Origin: Bacillales bacterium
Lineage (GTDB): Bacteria > Bacillota > Bacilli > Paenibacillales > CANHCR01
Direction of reading: 5' to 3'
Assembly: GCA_947459205.1 (NCBI GenBank)
Contig: CANHCR010000002.1
Location: forward strand, 8,498 to 72,497
Length of the DNA: 64,000 nucleotides
Below, one piece after another: positions 9,581 to 21,400 of the stretch. The position numbers were made by a program, and so were the translations under genes. The notes beneath the pieces were generated by a model. That model saw only the letters and a list, made by a program, of their open reading frames with translations. It was not told where the DNA came from and did not search any database. Numbering within the stretch: position 1 is the first letter of the stretch; each line of letters opens with the position of its first letter.

Positions 9581-11473
9581 CTAATCTTCCGACCCCAACT
9601 CCTGCTTGTCCTCAGGTCCGTTCAAAATTCGATCGATAGCATGCTGATTAAGCAAATGGTATGACGATAGATATAATCCTGTACGCGAATTAAAAAAGTA
9701 CTCGTTTTCTGGCTTTTGCTTATATTCAAGAAAACTTTCCATTCCACCTTTGATACCATACTTACCAATAAAATTTTCCATCTTTCTATGGTCGCAATCG
9801 ATTAACAACATAAGATAAATAATTGCAGCTAATTCTTTTGCTCCTAGCGTGTGGTGGATATGATACGAGCCTCCACCCACTGCAAGAATTCCTGATTCAT
9901 CGATCGCCAAGGTAAAGCTGAGCGCGCTGAAATTTACTCTCGATTGTTTTAGATTCTTAAACCCCTTAGAAAATTTATGTGATGGTAAGGTAATTTGCTT
10001 GTAACCGGTGTTTTTTTTACCTAAATGAATATCAATATATTTACACTCTGCGATACATTTGTTGATTCCCGTTTGTGGTGAGAACAAAACAACCGGAGTT
10101 TCTTGATGATATGGGTGTAGCAGAATCTTGCGATTTATCTTATCCACCTCCAAATAGTGCTTTTTTGCACAAGCCTTTACCAATAACTCATTACCATTAA
10201 TTTTTGCAATGAGGTAAGTATCTCGAACCCGTGTGGCGTACATATCAAGAGGAACCACTTCAACATTGTTCAACTTTGCTTCTATCATTAACGCGTGCGT
10301 ATTCTTCAATTGTTGAATCGAGTTATTTCGCAACATTAAATCTTCTGAACTGCACTCCAACAAATCATCTTCGTACCTTTTAAACTCGATAGTACGCCCA
10401 CTTTGGTTTTTTGAACCTAATGAATCTAATATGATGTCTTCACTACGACCCTGATACTCTTCAACTCTCTCGAAAATATGTGTTTTTGGAGAATTGTTTA
10501 AAGAATTCAATTGATTTATCAGCGCGTCCACAAGGTGCCACGCGACTAAAGGTGGTATAGCATTGCCGATTTGCTTATATGCCTGGTGATTAGACACCGG
10601 AAATTCAAAGGAATCAGGGAAGCCTTGTACCCTCGCCGCCTCTCTAGGTGTCAACCGACGGAATATCTCATTCTCTCGATCTACCAGAACTACTGGATTG
10701 CGGTAGTTGAACTGCGCAGTTCCAACAGTACACTTGATTGTATTGCACGGTTTACTTATATTTGAACTCGTCCCCACCTTATGCGGTTTCGCAGTCCGCT
10801 TCATCGTTTCGACGGCTGTTTGAGAGAAATGATAACGAGTATTAAGGTGCTCTTTCTCATCAAGAACTTCACCGAGCGGAATCCATTCGCTCTTAGGAAT
10901 AACGCTTTTGGGAAATTCATAATTCATACCCAATTCTTCAAGAACCCCAAATATGAAAACGCGACGACGCGTTTGAGGAATCCCGAAATCAGCGCAATTG
11001 ATGATTCGATACGATACGCGGTATCCGAGTTTACTCAAATGATCACAAAGCTCCTTAAAAAACCTTCCACCCTTAAAATTCACGAAATTCGCTACATTCT
11101 CGAGCATGACAAACTTCGGCCGCTTTCCTTCAACAACCCTTAATACATCTCGGAAAATGTTGATCCGCTTGTCGTTCGCTTTCTTTTTGATGGTCATGGT
11201 TGAGAACGGTTGACAAGGAAAACCAGCGATCAACAAATCGTGCTCCGGCAAATCCTCCGCCTTAAGACTACAAATGTCGCCCACAATCGCATTACCCGTT
11301 TCACCGAAATTATGGCGATACGTCTTGATCGCGAACTTATCGATGTCGACCGCTGAAACAATTTCAATCGGATGTTGTGCATAATGCTTATCTAGGAATT
11401 CAAACCCCCCTTTGGCCCCTAGATCGGCCCCGCCGGCTCCGCAACATAGTGATACTACTTTCAAATTACTCAT
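9581..11473 (-). CDS. DNA (cytosine-5) methyltransferase with ~290-aa C-terminal extension
   Basis: CGAGG motif I, GFPCQPFS, ENV, QTRRR, RRLTPRE.ARVQGFPD, QIGNAIPP. Confidence 0.9.
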   Translation of the reverse strand: MSNLKVVSLCCGAGGADLGAKGGFEFLDKHYAQHPIEIVSAVDIDKFAIKTYRHNFGETGNAIVGDICSLKAEDLPEHDLLIAGFPCQPFSTMTIKKKANDKRINIFRDVLRVVEGKRPKFVMLENVANFVNFKGGRFFKELCDHLSKLGYRVSYRIINCADFGIPQTRRRVFIFGVLEELGMNYEFPKSVIPKSEWIPLGEVLDEKEHLNTRYHFSQTAVETMKRTAKPHKVGTSSNISKPCNTIKCTVGTAQFNYRNPVVLVDRENEIFRRLTPREAARVQGFPDSFEFPVSNHQAYKQIGNAIPPLVAWHLVDALINQLNSLNNSPKTHIFERVEEYQGRSEDIILDSLGSKNQSGRTIEFKRYEDDLLECSSEDLMLRNNSIQQLKNTHALMIEAKLNNVEVVPLDMYATRVRDTYLIAKINGNELLVKACAKKHYLEVDKINRKILLHPYHQETPVVLFSPQTGINKCIAECKYIDIHLGKKNTGYKQITLPSHKFSKGFKNLKQSRVNFSALSFTLAIDESGILAVGGGSYHIHHTLGAKELAAIIYLMLLIDCDHRKMENFIGKYGIKGGMESFLEYKQKPENEYFFNSRTGLYLSSYHLLNQHAIDRILNGPEDKQELGSED

Positions 11474-11544
11474 TAATACATTCCTCCATAAAAGATGATG
11501 GTTATTAAAAACCTCATCCTCTACAGCTGCACGTATTAAGAAAA

Positions 11545-11573
11545 ATCTTAAAATTAGCTCTACTCTATACGAA
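11545..11573 (-). promoter_or_regulatory. Putative promoter TTCGTA-N17-TAAGAT upstream of the C5 MTase
   Basis: Copy of 5675-5703. Confidence 0.45.
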
Positions 11574-11897
11574 AAAACAAATAATCGATCGAAATTTTAT
11601 AGATATGTCACTATGCTCCTCCAATATCTAAAGCCCAATTATTTAATAAGCCCCTCTTTCAATCTCACCTATCTAAAAAAAACCTAATAACCTAACTGAG
11701 ATGACCAAAGAAAAGCTCATCAACAAATCACATGATTTTATATTTTTTTATAAAAAAGCAATCTAATAGCATGAAATAAATCGCATGTATGTAATCCCCA
11801 ACCGACCATTTACCCCAATCAAAAATCTTAAGAATAAAAAATCAACGCCTTTATGGGACGTGGATGATTACCCCTTATACATGGACCGCGGAAAATA

Positions 11898-11931
11898 AAA
11901 AAACCGCTACGACGGTGGTGTCGTAACGGTA
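11898..11931 (-). terminator. Intrinsic terminator after the nuclease gene
   Basis: accgctacgac/gtcgtaacggt stem plus T-run on the - strand. Confidence 0.65.
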
Positions 11932-12040
11932 ATGTATGTTAATCAAATACGAACTCAATTTGAAATGCAATCAGTGAGGACTCTACAAGAAACACCCTCG
12001 CGTATAAAGGTGAATAATTGCGATCATTTAACCAAATCTT

Positions 12041-12940
12041 TTATACTGAATATTTCATTTTGAATTCTTCATAATGATTGCTCAACTTTGCATGTGATGT
12101 TGATTCGACTTCGCTCAAAATATTCGCGCATAAATCTTCCCAATGTAGAAGCACCATTCTTGATTTCCAATCTTCCTTCAATACTTTGTCTCTTACGAAA
12201 GTCGCCTGCTCTTTTAATGTCTCGTGCCCTTTCGGATAAATAAATACCACCATACTGTCCTCAGATAGATGAACGACATTCCGCATAAGTTGGTAGTGTT
12301 CAAGAAAAATCGTTTCATTAGCCTCATCATTAAGAGCCGGACATTTGTCTACCAATTGTCTGTACACTTGATTGTATTTATCGCTGTAAGTATCGGGTGA
12401 GTCTGATAATTTGGTAGTGCTCTTGATTTTTCCTGAAAATTCTTCTTCCGTATATTTGATCTCAAAGTAAATTTTGAAGCCGGTATCGAGTTTGATGAAA
12501 AAATCAAAATTCGTTTTCCTGTAGTTACCTTTTTCAATATCTGATACCTTTTCAAAACAAACGCTCAATGAGTTATATTCAATCGAACCAGTTACCCCTA
12601 ATTGTTTGATAACCAGCTCGAGAAGTCGCTCATGAATCAATGGGTAAAAGAAATTGATACACATCGCTTGCGATGAATTTAGATGATGGAAATAACTGTG
12701 CAGCTTATCAACATCGAAACCTGATTTATAGAAATCATCACGGTAGGTCTCAATTACATTTTTACGTGCTTTCGACTTCTCTAAAATATGATCATGGTAT
12801 GTAACTTTTTTGTTACCCTCTTTATCGGTGGACACAAATTCCCCCTTACCCGGTTCTTTTAATACGTTGTGTTTATACTCGACTAACTTCTTTATTATTT
12901 GCTCTTTATAAGCTTTGTACTTCATCGTAATCCACTCCAT
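12041..12940 (-). CDS. PD-(D/E)XK putative restriction endonuclease (PGN_0703-like)
   Basis: HHLNSSQAMCINFF, TNFDFFI, FEIKYTE, YQLMRN. Confidence 0.75.
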   Translation of the reverse strand: MEWITMKYKAYKEQIIKKLVEYKHNVLKEPGKGEFVSTDKEGNKKVTYHDHILEKSKARKNVIETYRDDFYKSGFDVDKLHSYFHHLNSSQAMCINFFYPLIHERLLELVIKQLGVTGSIEYNSLSVCFEKVSDIEKGNYRKTNFDFFIKLDTGFKIYFEIKYTEEEFSGKIKSTTKLSDSPDTYSDKYNQVYRQLVDKCPALNDEANETIFLEHYQLMRNVVHLSEDSMVVFIYPKGHETLKEQATFVRDKVLKEDWKSRMVLLHWEDLCANILSEVESTSHAKLSNHYEEFKMKYSV

Positions 12941-13254
12941 TTCAAACCGTTTTTCTAAAGCAAATCATTCCTTACAAGCTCTTAGTCGGCTATTACTTTT
13001 CACGAGCGGGTATGCGTTGTTGTGTGAAAACGACACCAGTACCCCTAATCGCGCGATGTCTACAAATTGAACGAAACATCCACTTCTTCGCTCAGAATAA
13101 ATCCATTACTTACATTACCCTTTCATATTAAAATGAATCAACTTCGCTCCTCAAATATCAATCGCTTCGCTCAACAACATACTCAAAGACCATCTCACTT
13201 ACCCAATGTCGTTGATTCACTTTTGTCTTACTTCAATCATTGTTCATTTTTCAA

Positions 13255-13314
13255 TCATGTCTTTCGTTTTAATCAATTGATATAATGTTATAATGTCCTC
13301 TATTTATATAAGCC
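13255..13314. repeat. TAATGT-iterated element, copy 1 (others at 17048-17185, 25405-25470, 26531-26589)
   Basis: tcatgtctttcgttttaat..taatgttataatgtcctct..ataagcc closely matches 26531-26589. Confidence 0.7.
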
Positions 13315-14275
13315 ACATCAATAAACAAGTCTTCACTAGTAAAATTACCATGTTAATTGCACGATCGATAAGTACTGATGTTTTTACCCAACTGCTCTAT
13401 AACTTACATAATACGCTCAGAATTGCTGAATCATCGGAATAAAAAACGTTTAACAAAATGAATCAACCCATAAAAATTACAATTAGTTACCCCTCATGTG
13501 ACGCCTATAATCAATCGGAGACGTAATCATTCAATCAATAACAGCTCCGCCGATTACCCCTCATACATCCAAAACGCCAAAAATCACAGTGCTCAACGAT
13601 CATCAATCACAATGATAGCGCCAGGTACCACACTTACAATAAAACAGTCGCTCAAAATCAACTTCCAATGAAGCAATGACCGGAACGGAACAACTTCTGT
13701 TGAGTAACCCTTATATCCTCCGACCATGTGCAGAATCAGCTATGTACCGTTACGAGCTCAATTTGGTTTGTACGCAATAAACAAAGTCGCCCACGCCAAT
13801 CACCCATATCGAAGCGTGAATATAACCGAACTCATCTCACGCTACTTGCAAGACTCAATGTGTACCCATTCCACACGTGAGAGAACCAATGCGCAATAGC
13901 TTACCAAACCTATCAATATTATACCGAAATGAAATCCAAACGAACGGCGTCATTCATTTACCCCATGATATTGAAACAAACATAAACAAGAAGATTCTCT
14001 AGATCGAATCGCTCACAATCACGAAACAACTTGTCGTAGTTCAACATTCAATTCGTGTTGACTGAACTGGTCCTACGCGCCAGTAATTCTGCTGACACTT
14101 CATCATTACCCACACTATATTTAGAAGAAAAGCAATACAATCGACGACCCACACCGTAGAAGAAACACAATTTCAAATAAAATATATAGTTCAGCTTCGA
14201 AGTAGGTTAATCAGATTAGAGATAACGCTCATATTAAATCAAAACATAAACTACTGAGTTTCAATAATGCTTGTA

Positions 14276-16423
14276 CTACTTCGTAACCGTGATTTGATAA
14301 CCCAACTCTTTTGCAATAAATCTAAGCGGAATCATAATTGTGCCTTTTACAACTGTCGGTGCAACTTGCATCGTTTTATTGACACCATTCACTAATACAA
14401 CGTTCTTACTTTGAGTGAATCGTAATGTCATTCCTGGTTTCGTTGCGGTGATTGTTTTCTTAGCAGAATCAAAACTTACCTTCAAACCCATTGCTTCGAG
14501 AACCGGTTTATAGGGAACCATCGTTTGACCTGCGAGTTGGGTTGGTGTAATTCCAGTGCCCAAATTGATTAACTTAAAATTAGCATAAAGTTGTTGTCCG
14601 ATTACCTTAATTGCTTGTTTCGTTTTGACCGAAGCGGATAACCCAGACTTGTTACCTGCAGCATCTAAAGCCCGAACTGTGAAGGTTTGTGCAGCATTCT
14701 CGTTCAATCCAGTTACTCTATAAATTGTGGACTTGGATGTTCCTATGAGTTTGCCGTTACGGTAAATCTCGTATCCTGTAACACCAACGTTGTCAGTAGA
14801 TGGTGACCAATTTAATGTTAGCCCTGATTCCATGATTGAATTATGAAAGATTTTAGTGGGCACGCTTGGTGCGGTTAAATCTGGAATATACAAGTACAAT
14901 GAACGACTGGACATTGACAGATTTCCAGTAGTATCTATAGTTTTTATGAAAAATGAAACTGTGGTGTTAACTTTGTTGGGTCTAAAATCAAAACTCGTTT
15001 CCGACACTGTAGTAATAAGTTTATCGTCAATAAATATTTGGTATCCATTAACTGCAACATTGTCAGAAGCTTTTGACCATGTAAGCTTAAAATTATTGTT
15101 ACCGATATAAGTAATTTTCAATCCTTCCGGGATAGTTGGATTGATACCATCACTGGTTTTCACTTCTACTAACTTGCTATACTCTGATGTATTACCCGCA
15201 TCATCTTGAGATTTAAGTCTAAACTTGTATGACGTGCTATCTTTTAAACCAGTTATTAAATAATTATTATCTGGAACTGTCGCAAGTAAATCATCGTTAA
15301 CAAAAATTTGATATCCAGTAACAGCTATATTATCAGTCGATTCTTTCCATGTAAGTTTTATATAATTATTAGATGAAGTACTTGATATCGAGTTTGGAGT
15401 ACTCGGTGGAATATTATCATCTATTATTAAATTTCTTGTACCTTGTACAATATATGGATTGCTTAATGCACCATTTCCTCCCGATTGGAAAATAGCAGAA
15501 GTTAACTTTAGTTTTAACGCAGGCCTTACACCACATAAACAATTACTTGCGCTTGCATAACTAGAAGTAGGATAACTAAATCTTCCTCCAGGAGGTGCAA
15601 CGTATCTGACTTGGTTGGATGAAGATGCTAGAGGTGTATTTAACCAATATCGATAGTTTTTACTGATATTGATATCAGAATCTTTATATGAATTATTTTT
15701 CACAGCCTCGTTTGTAGGTTTAGCTTGTAGAATATCACTTCCGGCAATATCTTTAATATGTTTAGTAGATAATAAAAAAACTCGATCCGTAACATTTTTA
15801 TAAAATGCGTTTGTATCATAATTTTGCATAATTTCATCAATAATCCATCTAAATTTATGATTTTCTTCCCCACCATCCGTCCTCATAGAGTCAACTCCAG
15901 ATACCATTATTTTATGTGTGTATGGTTTAATCAAACTGCGTTCCCACAACTCAAAATTTCCGTCCGCTAAAAATCCCTTTTCATTACTGTATGGGTTATA
16001 TCCATTCAAATTTAATGAATTAGGATCATTTTGTATCCAATCAATTACATCCGAACCACTGTTGGAACTGCTACTATTTAACCATTGTCTAATGTTTGAA
16101 TCTGGATAATAATTACTACCTTCTAATTTTCGACTTGATTCAGTATGATAACTACCCGCCGAATCAAAAGACTTGAAAGTTATAATCTTGTCAGTAATTA
16201 ACATCGGGTCACCGTTCTTATCAATGTTAATCACTCGCCATAAAATTGGGACATCATAATATTTTCCAAATTGAATATAATCACCGCCCTTAATCATTGG
16301 TGGTGTATTCGCGTGAACCTCATTCACTTTGATCTGACTAGGTACAAGAATAACAATTATCATTGTCAAAGCCATCAGATTAATTTGAACTTTTCTAATG
16401 TTTAATTTCCAACCTCTAAGCAT
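14276..16423 (-). CDS. Secreted/surface protein: DUF6273-like domain, 3 FN3 repeats, copper amine oxidase N-terminal (stalk) domain
   Basis: Signal-like N-terminus; GDYIQFGKYY..WRVI..RQWLN..GVRPAL; three LTW..STDN..VTGY.I repeats; TMVPY..EAMG..IPLRFIAKELG. Confidence 0.85.
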   Translation of the reverse strand: MLRGWKLNIRKVQINLMALTMIIVILVPSQIKVNEVHANTPPMIKGGDYIQFGKYYDVPILWRVINIDKNGDPMLITDKIITFKSFDSAGSYHTESSRKLEGSNYYPDSNIRQWLNSSSSNSGSDVIDWIQNDPNSLNLNGYNPYSNEKGFLADGNFELWERSLIKPYTHKIMVSGVDSMRTDGGEENHKFRWIIDEIMQNYDTNAFYKNVTDRVFLLSTKHIKDIAGSDILQAKPTNEAVKNNSYKDSDINISKNYRYWLNTPLASSSNQVRYVAPPGGRFSYPTSSYASASNCLCGVRPALKLKLTSAIFQSGGNGALSNPYIVQGTRNLIIDDNIPPSTPNSISSTSSNNYIKLTWKESTDNIAVTGYQIFVNDDLLATVPDNNYLITGLKDSTSYKFRLKSQDDAGNTSEYSKLVEVKTSDGINPTIPEGLKITYIGNNNFKLTWSKASDNVAVNGYQIFIDDKLITTVSETSFDFRPNKVNTTVSFFIKTIDTTGNLSMSSRSLYLYIPDLTAPSVPTKIFHNSIMESGLTLNWSPSTDNVGVTGYEIYRNGKLIGTSKSTIYRVTGLNENAAQTFTVRALDAAGNKSGLSASVKTKQAIKVIGQQLYANFKLINLGTGITPTQLAGQTMVPYKPVLEAMGLKVSFDSAKKTITATKPGMTLRFTQSKNVVLVNGVNKTMQVAPTVVKGTIMIPLRFIAKELGYQITVTK

Positions 16424-17047
16424 TATATTTTGTCTCCTTCCAATTTCAAACTGTCCATAATTGTGAAACCGCATTCTTACTTAGATAATAAATATGCAAC
16501 AACAAATTACACCAATGAACCTTCTTATAGCAGCTCAACAATCAATACACACCGACTCAATTTATCCTACGCGCCGGATGTTCAACATGTACTCATCATA
16601 AATCACAACTTAGATAAAAGAAATCCAATACGATCGACGACCCACGCCAGTGTTTATTATAGAAGGAATCGTTTTATACAAACGCGCTTCATCAACTGAC
16701 TGTGCAAACTAATCAATAATCTCTCAAAAGCTCAAACTATAATCTGCGTCGATACCGACCTTGTTCAAACCACTCAAGAACAATAAACCCCAGGTGCGTA
16801 GTAACCCTCATTCACACCGTTGAATCAGACGACCTTTGCGCGTTCACTGCGAATACGCACAATTCTGGTCTATACGCCGCCGATCCGTTATGTATGTAAT
16901 TGTGAGCGATTGATAGGTTGAATCAATTAGACCACGCGCGAAATCGTTGTACTAAACTTACCACGCAGCTTTAATCGTTTATCAGCGACAATCATTCTCC
17001 AAGAACCCCTTACCCCACTCACTGCTTCATCACAATCATCATCTAAC

Positions 17048-17185
17048 GTCTAATGTCTTCCATTGTTCAATTATCGTTTTTTTATAATGTCTAATATCTG
17101 ATGTCTAATGTCTTCACTTATTCAATGTTCGTTTTTTTATAATGTTGTAATGTACATCCGTAATAATCCCCTATTAATATATACC
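17048..17185. repeat. TAATGT-iterated element, copy 2, with internal ~43-bp tandem duplication
   Basis: gtctaatgtcttc..ttcaat..tcgtttttttataatgt at 17048-17090 and 17103-17145, then cccctattaatatatacc. Confidence 0.65.
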
Positions 17186-17492
17186 ATGTAAACTTTCAAT
17201 ACCTAAATTAAAAAAATAAGTCCTATGATGGCTTTGGTATAACTGGTCACTTTTTTTCACAACTCTAATTTAAACTACATAATTCCGGTGTTATGGAGGT
17301 CAGACCATCAAATAAGGGTATAATTAAATTTCATCACATCGTTAAAAAACACCCTCCCCTTGCTAAATGTACTTCGCCAGCTATGCAATTCAGCAATATG
17401 ACATATCAAAAGTTACTGTCTCTCTTACATTTGATATTCCAAATATTACCTTGTATAATATTGGAAGTCGCTATTTGAAGAAGGAGTTGTTG

Positions 17493-17684
17493 ATGATGAT
17501 ATTTAGAAAAGAGCAGTTAAAAACGATACTCTACGCACTCGAGATAGTCCACGGTGCGCAGACCCGGATGGCTGCGGATTCCTTGGAACGGAATGATGAG
17601 GTTTCGGCTCATGCGCAATCTAAACGATTGGATGAAATTAAACAGCTGATTACCCCTATTAAGAATCGTTTGGGTAAAAAATAA
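17493..17684 (+). CDS. Small hypothetical protein (63 aa)
   Basis: RBS AAGGAG before ATG; helical composition. Confidence 0.5.
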   Translation: MMIFRKEQLKTILYALEIVHGAQTRMAADSLERNDEVSAHAQSKRLDEIKQLITPIKNRLGKK

Positions 17685-17749
17685 AATTCCTGAATCACAG
17701 TCATTTGCGACAATTCATCATATATAACCACGCCATAATTAATTAGTGG

Positions 17750-18448
17750 TTACTCCATGAAATCAAGCACCTGTCCGTTAAGCTTGACCCTTATTTCCCG
17801 CCACATCGGCATGTACTGATCCAACAATAAAATGAACCTTTCATTATGTGTTCTTTCTACTAAGTGTAACATCTCGTGAAGGATAATGTACTCCAGACAC
17901 TCGATGCTTTTCTTCGCCAATTGAAGATTAAACCACAACTTCCCAGTATCTGTATTACACGTACCCCAGCGTGTTGTCATGTACTTTATCTGCCAACTTG
18001 TCGGTTTCAGACCAGTAAAATTCTCCCACTTAGGAAGCAAACGAGTGACCTCTTTTTTCAACAACTCTCGATACCATTCACGCAAAAAGTTCTCCCTTTG
18101 TTCGCTGTTACTTCCTTTGCGAACGGTGAATATCGCCTTATCACCCACCAATTCGATTGCGTATCTATTCGAGTACTCAATTTGAACGATGTATTGCTTT
18201 CCCCACACGTACAATGATTCACCGGATACATGTTCTCTTTCAGATTGACGCAGTTGATTGTCAAAATTAGCAACTTGCGTTTTTATCCACCTTATTTTCG
18301 TTCGAACAAATCGCTCAATCGCATCATCACTCATTGATACCGGTGCAGACACGCTCACTTTGCCATCAGGTGGTTTCACGTAAAGGTGCATGTTCTTTAT
18401 TTCTTTTTTGTGAACCTCAATTGATATTCCAGATATGTTAAGTGTCAC
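17750..18448 (-). CDS. M48/YgjP (DUF45) zinc metalloprotease-like protein associated with type I RM
   Basis: MTTRWGTCN, YIILHEMLHL..HNERF; abuts hsdR. Confidence 0.9.
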   Translation of the reverse strand: MTLNISGISIEVHKKEIKNMHLYVKPPDGKVSVSAPVSMSDDAIERFVRTKIRWIKTQVANFDNQLRQSEREHVSGESLYVWGKQYIVQIEYSNRYAIELVGDKAIFTVRKGSNSEQRENFLREWYRELLKKEVTRLLPKWENFTGLKPTSWQIKYMTTRWGTCNTDTGKLWFNLQLAKKSIECLEYIILHEMLHLVERTHNERFILLLDQYMPMWREIRVKLNGQVLDFME

Positions 18449-21400
18449 TTAATATTCTCCTTGTTGTACGACAATGCTATATACATGTTCGACTGTATCT
18501 TTGTTGCCAAGCACCCGAAATAGCGCACTCTTGATCCGACGCTCCTTAAACTCATTGTGACGAAAGTCTACTTGTTTGTTTCCACGAATCGCCTTGTCTA
18601 ATGCAATTGCGAGATTCACATCACTTCCAAAGTTATCATAAAACGCGCGTAATGCAGCGCTCTGTCTGACTTCATCCGGATACTCCGGATTGTTCTCAGG
18701 AGATTCCGCTTGCTTGACCAATTCGACGTACTTTTCAAGAAGTTTTTCGTAAGCGATAACCCCTTCACGTCGCGCTTTAATCAATTCATCGAGTATTGCC
18801 GACATCTTCTCGTAGTATTTTGGATTGAGCAGTATTTTTTCGACAATCTTTTTACGTATATTGTTTTCAATCGTCTCTGCAGCTGCTGACTTACTGTTTC
18901 CTGACAGTTTTTCACCCTGCGAGGTGACAAAATCTAGTAGCGTGAAATCGTCAAACTCACCAATTTCCCGACTATCATCAGCTTTAATATACGTATCAAT
19001 TAGACGACGCATATCTGCTTCATATGATTTTAAATCGATGAAGTCACCGCTCGCGTTACCAATTGTCTCTTTCAACGCTGTGTAGAATATGACTAATTCA
19101 CCTATTTTTTGTTCTTCCGCAACGGAATATCCCGCATCTAACATTTCACCTTTGATCTCCGAGTACGCGCGAATCAATCGATTCACAAGTTTATACAGTT
19201 TTTCACGGCTCCGTGAATAGGACTCGTCGTCCAGACCGCCAACACCGTCTTCGCCACAGAAATAGTGAATGTACTGTAATTCCAATCGCGGAGCGGGAAC
19301 TCCACCACATAAATCGTCGAGCTCATCAAGCGTCTCATCCAGATATTTCTTCGCTTCAGTAAGTCGGTCTTTGATAATACCCTTAATATCGTCATCATCA
19401 TACCCATCAAACGCACCTGATGTATACTTGTTCAGCGCATCCGTCAAATTGCCAAACAACTGCTTATAATCAACGATGTAACCAAACTCCTTCTGTTCAC
19501 CATCCAATCGGTTTACACGACACACCGCCTGAAATAAACCGTGATCACGCATTGACTTATCAATGTATAAATACGTGCATGGTGGAGCATCAAAGCCTGT
19601 CAGCAACTTATCGACGACAATCAGCAACTTCATTTGTGCAGGTTCATCGACAAATTTTCGTTTTACCTCAGCTTCAAAATCATCTGGGGTTTGACCATTT
19701 AGCATTTTCGTGTAAACTTCATATTTTTCATACTCTTCTGAATCGTCTGTTTCAGTCCGGAGATTTCCACTGTTCGGTTCAAATGAAGTGACAATTGCAC
19801 ACTGTTTAAACGCACGTGTTTGGAAAATCTCATAATACTTGCACGCTGAATAGATGGAGTCCGCAACCAACATCGCGTTCCCATTACCATCTGCAAGTCG
19901 ATTTTTTAGGTCAAAGTCTGCTATGATATCCTCTGCGATGACTTCCAAACGCTTCCTTGAACTGTATACGGTTTGCATGGTTGCCCATTTTTCTTTCAAC
20001 TTCGCCTTCGCTGCGTCGTTCAATCCACGAGTCTTAGACTCAAAATATTCATCAATTCTTTCCTGTGCCGTGATGACCTGCTCCACATCTCGCGCCTGAT
20101 ACCGCAGATCAAGAACAACACCATCAGCAACTGCTTCATCATACTTGTAGGTGTGAATGTACCCTGGAGCAAACACTTCGATACTTTTCTTCTTGTCTTT
20201 CACTAAAAGTGGTGTACCCGTGAATCCAATAAAAATAGCACCTGGAATTATCTCTTTCATTGCTTCATGAAGTAACCCACTTTGTGTCCGGTGACATTCG
20301 TCAACAAATACGACGAATTGACCTTTTGCTTGGAAACCTTGTGGTAAAGCAGCCTTTAGTTCTTGAATGAACTGCTCCATCGAACGCTTTGATTCACTGC
20401 TTTCCGATGTGTTACGTACTCCGAATTTATGAATCAACGTACAAATCAAACGTTTCTCTGTTTTATCTAATTTTTCAACCAAATCAGCGCACGAACTTGT
20501 CCGATAGACTTGTTCATCAACACCACGATATACCTTCTCCATCTGATCGTCCAGCTCATCACGGTCCGTGACCAACAGAACCCTTGCATTCGGATTATTG
20601 CCTAGAATCCACTTCGATAGCCATACCATCGTCAGTGTTTTACCGCTTCCCTGCGTGTGCCAGATGATACCGCCTTGATTATTACGCAGTTTCAATTGTG
20701 ACTTCTTAATACCAAAAAACTGGTTGTATCGACATATTTTCTTGACGCCTTTATCGAACACAACAAAGTTATGAATCAAATCAAGCAAGCGACGTTTTTC
20801 AAACATACTAAACAGTTGCCAATCCAATTTATCTACTAGCTGCGTACATTTATTAAGGATTTCGATCGATACTTCGTCGAGTGGTTGCGCAGGAGTATTA
20901 ACTTTATCGTTTTTCCACTCCAGATAATATTTCTCCGGTGTTTCAATCGTACCGTAGCGTAAACCTTCTCCGCTGTTACCCGCCATCGTGAACTGGATCG
21001 TTGTAAAGAATGGTTTATTGAAATGCTCTGATTGATTGGATATGTTCTGACGAATCCCCTGCGAAACTGAAACCGTAGATTTCTTCAGTTCAATCACAGC
21101 GATAGCAATACCGTTTATATAGACAACCAAGTCAGGACGTCTCTCACTGTTCGATTTAATTGTGACTTCCTCTGCGATTGCGAACTCGTTATTTGCAGGG
21201 TTGTCCCAATCAATAAAATAGACGGTCTTATCAGGTTCACCCTGCTGTTCCTTTACTTTCGCACCATACTTCAGCATTGAGTAAACATCTTGATTCGCTT
21301 TATATAACCCTGGCTGGAGATTACCTGTTGCTCGTTCAAATGTTTCAACCGCTTTATCAGCCAAGGTACTACTGTATTGCATGCTGTGAATCAGAAAAGA

